NCBI GenBank assembly: GCA_014729025.1
Contig: WJKP01000045.1
Span: 20,015-84,014, forward strand
DNA from: Candidatus Buchananbacteria bacterium
GTDB lineage: Bacteria > Patescibacteriota > Patescibacteriia > CAIXNZ01
Length of the DNA stretch: 64,000 nucleotides
Reading direction: 5' to 3'
This document shows, in pieces, positions 58,325 to 64,000 of the stretch (positions are counted from its first letter, which is position 1; the number at the start of each line of letters is the position of its first letter). The position numbers and the translations under genes were made by a program. The notes below the pieces were generated by a model that ran no database searches, was not told where the DNA came from, and worked only from the letters and a program-made list of their open reading frames with translations.

Positions 58325-59395
58325 TTATATTAATTCATAACGTCCATTTTCTAGTCTTTTAAACTTATCTTTGTTCATTAAGACCAAAGTAATGGTTGTT
58401 TTTTGCACTAACCGCTGTTTTAAAACTTCTTCAGCTAATTCTTTTTTGGACATCGGGCCATTATTCTTTAAGATGTTTTCAATAATATCAGCAACCGTAC
58501 CTTCTTGATAACCCCATTCACGTAAAGCATAAATACCACGGCCAACCAGTACATATTTATCATCTAAAATTAATTCGTTATGAACTGTTGCCGGATGAGC
58601 TTTTTTTCTATCAAAATTAGCCTGATTAATCAATTCAGCCAATTCTTCGAAATGTAACGGACGATTTTCTCTTAACATTACCAAATAAGCTTTATCAGTC
58701 ATTCTTTTGGGTTTAATAGTATTCCAGTGATAAACACCCCATTGACCTAAAATATTTCTATTTAAATCTTGTCTAATACTTAATAAAGCTTCTAAAATTG
58801 CCAAATCTTCGGCTTGTCTTTCTTTTATATAATCGTAATATTTATGTGATTGAAATTGAGACGATAAATCCTCTAAATGTAATGGCTTACCATGATTTTC
58901 AATTAATTCTTTCAAAGCCGAAGCAATAGCTACTGCCTGGTCCAAATCAACATCTTGCAAGGCAAAAACTACATGGTGATCATTTAAATCAACGACTCTT
59001 TTAATATTACCGGCAAAAATATTAGCCAAAATAAAATTCAAAGCTTTTTCTTCTACTTCAAGCTGTTCTTGTAATAATTTTTCCTGTAAATGCCATTCTG
59101 CCATAATACCGCCATGTGATTTTAAATAATCTAAAATAATAGATTCCAGATCACGAACCGGTAATTTGGCTCTATCATAATCCATATTTTTAATTTTTTT
59201 CAAACCTTCTCTTTCGATTTGTCGAACACGTTCACGCGTAATATTAAAATCCTTACCAATTTGCTCCAAAGTGTGTTTTGGATAATCTGCTAAGGCATTT
59301 CTTTTTTGCAAGACTTCTTGTTCTCTATCAGATAAATTAGCCAATAAGGCATTAACCAAGTCTGCATAACTAATTGTTTTTATTTTTGCTGTCAT
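58325..59395 (-). CDS. Sigma-70 region-4-like HTH protein with C-terminal HARE-HTH/winged-helix domains (no region 2)
   Basis: The N-terminus LSDREQEVLQKRNALADYPKHTLEQIGKDFNITRERVRQIEREGLKKIK matches sigma region 4.2. The C-terminal HARE-HTH signature is KAHPATVHNELILDDKYVLVGRGIYALREWGY, with a second HARE-like element KDKFKRLENGRYELI. Confidence 0.6.
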   Translation of the reverse strand: MTAKIKTISYADLVNALLANLSDREQEVLQKRNALADYPKHTLEQIGKDFNITRERVRQIEREGLKKIKNMDYDRAKLPVRDLESIILDYLKSHGGIMAEWHLQEKLLQEQLEVEEKALNFILANIFAGNIKRVVDLNDHHVVFALQDVDLDQAVAIASALKELIENHGKPLHLEDLSSQFQSHKYYDYIKERQAEDLAILEALLSIRQDLNRNILGQWGVYHWNTIKPKRMTDKAYLVMLRENRPLHFEELAELINQANFDRKKAHPATVHNELILDDKYVLVGRGIYALREWGYQEGTVADIIENILKNNGPMSKKELAEEVLKQRLVQKTTITLVLMNKDKFKRLENGRYELI

Positions 59396-59570
59396 ATTAT
59401 TTAAATTATAATAATTATTGTTTATATAAAAAATACAAAGTATAAGTTATTTACCTATCTTTAATCTATATCATAGTATAACATATATAAAAAAATATGT
59501 CAAGGTTTTGCTAATAATTGTATTATAACTTATAATTTACATTTTGGCAAGTCTCTTGTCTAATTAATGT

Positions 59571-59599
59571 ATATTAAAATATTTTATTAAAATTGTCAA
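59571..59599 (-). promoter_or_regulatory. Sigma-70-like promoter (TTGACA-N17-TAATAT) on the minus strand, upstream of the HTH gene
   Basis: On the minus strand, ttgaca is at 59594-59599 and taatat at 59571-59576. It lies immediately after the terminator at 59611-59685. Confidence 0.45.
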
Positions 59600-59610
59600 G
59601 AAATTTAAGT

Positions 59611-59960
59611 AAAAAAAATATTCCCGACCACTTTATCTCATTATTATTCGCTTTGGCCTGCGAACTAGAGATTTTCATCGGGAATGCTTAGAATTTTCTT
59701 TTTCTCATCTTGTTTTCCCCCTTTTAGGTTGAATTTGCCAAAAATTGTTAGCGGGGGAAAGATTTTACCCACGAGCTCGTTATAGCCCCCAAGTTCGGCC
59801 ATAACATCATTGGGCAATTCTTCCTGCCATTCGCCAAGCAGTCTATCCCTTTCTGCTTTGCAGGGCTTCTGTAACAATACTAAACGGTCTTAAAATTACA
59901 GGTCGCTTTAGTAGCTGTACGATGATTAAAGTCATCGGTAATTTTAACAGTTTGTCTTGT
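59611..59960 (-). ncRNA. Candidate structured RNA of unknown class. It is a ~45% GC island ending in an intrinsic terminator.
   Basis: The 180-nt core counts 81/180 G+C, against ~30% around it. The stems are tttccccc/gggggaaa (59714-59722/59751-59759) and attcccga/tcgggaat (59620-59627/59678-59685), followed by U9 on the minus strand. No RNase P, tmRNA or SRP consensus blocks were found by eye. Confidence 0.3.
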
Positions 59961-59970
59961 TTATTTAATT

Positions 59971-60990
59971 TTAGCTCTTTTTTAAGCGCCAGTCTAATTT
60001 TTGCCAAACAACCAATAATGGCGCAGCAATAAAAATTGAAGAATAAGCACCCAATAATATACCGGTAACCAAAACTAAAACAAAATCACTAATAGTTGTC
60101 CCGCCAAAGATTAAAATAGCCAGTAAAACCAATTCAGTAGTTAAAGAAGTATTAATTGAACGAGTAATTGTTTCGCGTACACTTTTATCAACAATTTCTT
60201 CAAATTCACCTTCATATTTATGCAAATTCTCCCTGATTCTGTCAAATACAACAATCGTATCATTAACCGAATAACCCAAAATAGTCAATAAAGCAGCTAC
60301 AAATGGCGTATTTACTTCCAAACCCAAATATTTGCCTAAAAATATAAAAATACCTAAAGTAATTAAAATATCATGAAATAAAGTAATAATTGCAATTATA
60401 CCATATTTCCAAGAACTGACCGGATACGAAACTTTACGAAAAGCCCAAGCAATATAAAAAACAATAGCAATCAAAACTAATAAAATTGCCCAAATTGACT
60501 TAGATTTTAATTCCTGTCCAATTGACGGCCCAATTGCTTCAAATCTTTGTTCAATTACTTTATCTTCAGATCCACTAACTGTAACTGCCTCGGCTTCTAA
60601 TTCCATTGTACTATTTTCAGCATCAGTAGTAATTTCAATATTTTCCTCACTTTCTTCAAGATCAGACTTTCTCTGCTCGTCCTTATCTTCTACATTATTT
60701 AATCTATTTAATATCTGCTGATGAGTTTCTTCACTTATTTCTTTAAATCTTAAAATATAACCATTTTCACCTGTTGGCTGTATATTTAATCCTTCTAAAT
60801 TTAAATCAGCCAATGATTGTTTTACTTGCTCAATATCTGGCCCTTGCTCTTTATATTTGACTTCCAATAAACTGCCACCTGTAAAATCAATGCCCAAATT
60901 CAAACCCCAGGCAATCCAAATCAAAATAGAGGTGAGTACGATCACACTCGAAATAGTAAAAAATATTTTTCTTTTATTAATAATCTTCAT
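59971..60990 (-). CDS. secF: Protein translocase subunit SecF (with an acidic insertion)
   Basis: GIDFTGGSLLEV and C-terminal TMs (YSVNDTIVVFDRIREN) are present. An acidic insert DKDEQRKSDLEESEENIEITTDAENSTMELEAEA is present. Confidence 0.85.
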   Translation of the reverse strand: MKIINKRKIFFTISSVIVLTSILIWIAWGLNLGIDFTGGSLLEVKYKEQGPDIEQVKQSLADLNLEGLNIQPTGENGYILRFKEISEETHQQILNRLNNVEDKDEQRKSDLEESEENIEITTDAENSTMELEAEAVTVSGSEDKVIEQRFEAIGPSIGQELKSKSIWAILLVLIAIVFYIAWAFRKVSYPVSSWKYGIIAIITLFHDILITLGIFIFLGKYLGLEVNTPFVAALLTILGYSVNDTIVVFDRIRENLHKYEGEFEEIVDKSVRETITRSINTSLTTELVLLAILIFGGTTISDFVLVLVTGILLGAYSSIFIAAPLLVVWQKLDWRLKKS

Positions 60991-60993
60991 ATT

Positions 60994-63039
60994 TTATTCA
61001 CTTTCTTGTGTCTTTTTATACAAAAATAACCAATTAATTTTATTAATAAAATTCCAGTTGATGACTGATTGTAAAACTGTCTTAGTTACAAACAATGCTG
61101 AAATCATAGAAATTAAAATACCAATCAATAAAGTTAAAGCAAAACCCTGAATAATACTTGTGCCAAACCAGTATAAAATAACACAAGTAATCAAAGTCGA
61201 GATATTACCGTCACGAATAGACGGCCAGGCGCGCTCAAATCCTTCGCTAAGCGCTGAACCTAGTGGTTTGCCTAACTTTAATTCTTCTTTCATTCTTTCA
61301 AAAATCAAAACATTAGCATCCACTGCCATACCAACTGATAAGATAAAACCAGCTATGCCAGCCAAAGTTAAAGTGACTGGAATTAATTTAAAAATAGCTA
61401 AAATCACTATCCCGTAAATACATAATGAAATAACCGAAATTAAACCGGGTAACCGATAATAAATTATCATAAACAAACCAACTAAAATCAAACCTAAAAT
61501 TGCGGCCTCTAAACTCTTAGTTAAAGATTCTTGCCCCAAACTGGCGCCAACGGTTTGCTGTGAAATAATATCAATTGGTACTGGCAAGGCACCGGCATTG
61601 AGGCGTCTGACTAAAGTTTTGGCCTCTTCTAAGGTAAATTTGCCAGTAATCACCGCTTTACCACCGCTAATTTTTTCATTGACCCTGGGTAAGCTAATAG
61701 GCTCACCATCAAGAAAAATACCAACGACCTGCCCGACATTACGAGCAGTTATTTCCTCAAAAAGTTGTTTTCCTTCATCATTAAACTGCAATTCAACGTT
61801 TGGTTCATTGGTATTAGGATTAAAACTAACCTGTGCGCCGTCTAATTGTTTACCGGAAAGTCCAGTATATTCAAACTGTTCCTGTGGCACAATATCTGAT
61901 TTTTTTTGTTTTTTAATTAAAACTCTGTAAACTTGAAAAGTTCTTTCTTGTTTTTCATCTACTTTATGAATCAAATGAAAACCAAATTGTGTTTCAACAA
62001 TATCAGAAATTTGACCATTTTCTAAATTAAACGCAACTTCTTCAAATTCAGGCACCATTTGTCCTTTACTAAAAAAGCCCAAATTACCACCACTAGTATC
62101 AGCGCCTGGTTCGGTTGAATTTTCTTTGGCTAATTCAGTAAAATTTTCAGGTGTAGCCTTTTCTTTTAATTCCTCAATCTTGCCTCTGGCATCTTCTTTG
62201 GAAATATCTTGTTCGCAACGAGTCGCGCCTTCATAACAGATTAAAATATGACTGGCTTGGACCTGTTTTTCTGTGCCGTTTTCACCACGTTTTAAAATAT
62301 TATAACCCTCACTATTTTCAAAAATCTGCCCATAAATATCACCTGGGGCAATTTGTTTAATTGGCGTTAAAAATTCGCTTTTAGGTCCGCTTTCACTAAT
62401 AAAACCTAAATCACCACCATCTTCTTTAGTTGCCAAATCTTCTGATTTTTCTTTGGCAATTTTCGAAAACTGATCAGGATTATTTTTAACTTCTTGTAAA
62501 ATTTCTTCAGCTTTTTGTTCTGCTTGTTGATTATATTCTTCTAATTGTTGCTGCTGGTCTTCGCTTAATTCAACTTCACTACTGGCTTGTTCTTTAAATT
62601 CCAATAAAGGTGTTTCACCGATCATTTTTATTGCTTCATTGACATCTTTAATGCCGGCTAATTCAACAATTACCCTATACTGTTTACCTACTTTAGTTGT
62701 CTGAACCAAGGGCTCGGACACGCCAAACGCATTAACTCTTCGTTCAATCACATCGCGAACACCTTCAACTGCATCGGCTTGATCTTTAGTCGGCACCTTA
62801 GAAACATCAGCATTATAAACCAAATGCGTGCCACCCTGTAAATCCAAGCCTAAAACAAACGATAAATCAGGATAATGAGGCAAATCAAATGGTAATTTAT
62901 TATTAGCCCAATCAACTGAATTATTCCAAATTTTGGGATAATCTAAAAAGCCTGCCAGAATTGCCACTAGCAAGATTAAAACTATATATAATCTAATTTT
63001 ATTGCGCTGACTAATTGTTACGCTTGATTTTCTTTTCAT
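60994..63039 (-). CDS. secD: Protein translocase subunit SecD carrying one canonical and one degenerate parvulin (PpiC-type PPIase) domain in the periplasmic head
   Basis: The N-terminus has GLDLQGGTHLVY and the TM core has VDANVLIFERMKEE. The inserted canonical parvulin is ASHILI...SGGNLGFFSKGQMVPEFEEVAF...TQFGFHLIHKV. A preceding degenerate copy is SEDLATKEDGGDLGFISESG...YNILKRGE. Confidence 0.85.
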   Translation of the reverse strand: MKRKSSVTISQRNKIRLYIVLILLVAILAGFLDYPKIWNNSVDWANNKLPFDLPHYPDLSFVLGLDLQGGTHLVYNADVSKVPTKDQADAVEGVRDVIERRVNAFGVSEPLVQTTKVGKQYRVIVELAGIKDVNEAIKMIGETPLLEFKEQASSEVELSEDQQQQLEEYNQQAEQKAEEILQEVKNNPDQFSKIAKEKSEDLATKEDGGDLGFISESGPKSEFLTPIKQIAPGDIYGQIFENSEGYNILKRGENGTEKQVQASHILICYEGATRCEQDISKEDARGKIEELKEKATPENFTELAKENSTEPGADTSGGNLGFFSKGQMVPEFEEVAFNLENGQISDIVETQFGFHLIHKVDEKQERTFQVYRVLIKKQKKSDIVPQEQFEYTGLSGKQLDGAQVSFNPNTNEPNVELQFNDEGKQLFEEITARNVGQVVGIFLDGEPISLPRVNEKISGGKAVITGKFTLEEAKTLVRRLNAGALPVPIDIISQQTVGASLGQESLTKSLEAAILGLILVGLFMIIYYRLPGLISVISLCIYGIVILAIFKLIPVTLTLAGIAGFILSVGMAVDANVLIFERMKEELKLGKPLGSALSEGFERAWPSIRDGNISTLITCVILYWFGTSIIQGFALTLLIGILISMISALFVTKTVLQSVINWNFINKINWLFLYKKTQESE

Positions 63040-63254
63040 AATAATAAAAAATAACCTAGATAAAAAGTCTAAATTATAAATCCAGTATAATATAAATTTT
63101 ATTGTAAAGCAAGTCTAAAATTAAATCAATATTGACAAAATAACTAAAAATTGTTATGGTTTAATATCTAAGAAATTTGCCCTTTTTACAATATAAAAAT
63201 TGTTAATAAAACTAATTTACCAGGGATAAACAAAAAACACAAGGGAGGATTTGC

Positions 63255-63656
63255 ATGAAAAAACTAATCTTGACAGTAATTGTTTTTTGCTTGATTTTCG
63301 CAAGCAACTTAGGCTGCGGTGATCCAATGGAAGAAATGAATGATTTTTTATCTTCTAATGAAGAGTATACTGAAATCTGTGGTTTAAGCATGGTTTTTCA
63401 CCGGGAATGGTATGAACCACAGCACGAATATGCTTGGCGGTCAGTAGACGTCAAAAATCTACGTGACCAAAAAGTTTATTTACTGCTAACTGACAAGTCT
63501 GGTGGTATTATTCTGGAAAAATACATTTCCCGTCTTAATGAAAGGACCTATGAGGTTTATATCCAAGACGGTGAAGATGTAATCGTTGAAGTCCAATATT
63601 TAGTTGATTTCCACTGGGAAACTTGCGGAGAAACCGGGACGGTTTTAGAGCTTTAG
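63255..63656 (+). CDS. hypothetical lipoprotein
   Basis: The SD is aagggagga. The signal and lipobox are IFASNLGCGD. Length is 133 aa. Confidence 0.5.
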   Translation: MKKLILTVIVFCLIFASNLGCGDPMEEMNDFLSSNEEYTEICGLSMVFHREWYEPQHEYAWRSVDVKNLRDQKVYLLLTDKSGGIILEKYISRLNERTYEVYIQDGEDVIVEVQYLVDFHWETCGETGTVLEL

Positions 63657-63667
63657 GAGGTATTATA

Positions 63668-64000
63668 ATGAAAAAGATAAACCTACTCTTTACACTCTTA
63701 ATCATACTGACTGCTTGTGGTCCGCAAGAAGTTGAGAGAGAATCACCGACTCATCCAAAAGGCACAGTTGAATTTGCCGGTATTGAATTTCAATTCAATT
63801 TTTACCTTAATGAAATCAAAATGACAAACCACAACAATGACCCGGTTAAGGTAAAAATGATCAATCTCACTACCAATGCTACTTTGATCAATGATCTAAT
63901 CACTTGGCCTGGTAATACGCAGGTCAGACGTGATCTTAGCTTTGGGCAAGGCGAAGAGATTGAAATTCAAATCTGGCAAGGCTATTCATCAGTTTGGGAC
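63668..64000 (+). CDS. hypothetical lipoprotein (3' end beyond the window)
   Basis: The SD is ggagg. MKKINLLFTLLIILTACGPQE carries the lipobox. The ORF runs off the window end. Confidence 0.45.
   Translation, partial: MKKINLLFTLLIILTACGPQEVERESPTHPKGTVEFAGIEFQFNFYLNEIKMTNHNNDPVKVKMINLTTNATLINDLITWPGNTQVRRDLSFGQGEEIEIQIWQGYSSVWD

Noticed and set aside
59665-59877. 70-aa minus-strand ORF from the ORF track inside the GC-elevated element
   Set aside because: It starts with TTG, lacks an SD, has no recognisable motif and shows unusual composition. It is treated as part of a candidate structured RNA, but a small protein cannot be excluded.

Overview
The window is AT-rich (about 30% GC) and gene-dense, with short intergenic regions and mostly minus-strand genes. 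Its content resembles a small-genome, CPR/Patescibacteria-like bacterium, although taxonomy cannot be proven from sequence alone.

Housekeeping content:
- clpB (3' end truncated by the window edge) with a perfect CIRCE operator upstream.
- An AmmeMemoRadiSam-type radical SAM enzyme.
- gltX, serS, lysS, proS and metG.
- greA, ftsQ, the mreBCD-PBP2 rod-shape cluster and rlmN.
- A complete F1Fo ATP synthase operon (atpI-B-E-F-H-A-G-D-C).
- rnhB, tatD, rsmI, secDF, and a non-oxidative pentose-phosphate cluster (rpiB, rpe, split transketolase).

Features that stand out:
1. A tandem array at 8937-14274. It starts with a secreted coiled-coil M23 peptidase. Three paralogous secreted proteins follow. 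They share an N-terminal VirB2/TrbC-pilin-like two-helix hydrophobic module. Each is fused to a different peptidoglycan-hydrolase domain (NlpC/P60, 3D, M23). A short HExxH (DUF45-like) protein and a 48-aa zinc-ribbon peptide under a consensus extended -10 promoter complete the array.
2. SecD carrying one canonical and one degenerate parvulin PPIase domain in its periplasmic head.
3. A membrane protein paired with a TM-less VirD4/TraG-like coupling ATPase.
4. A protein with sigma-70 region 4 plus HARE-HTH but no region 2.
5. An elevated-GC (about 45%) structured element ending in a terminator. It is a candidate ncRNA of unknown class.
6. A truncated MurF paralog with an ablated P-loop.
7. A rubredoxin-fused ferredoxin:thioredoxin-reductase-like protein inside the pentose-phosphate cluster.
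8. A degenerate GGDEF-like (GGDEL) protein.

No rRNA, tRNA, CRISPR array, transposase or integrase was recognised by eye.
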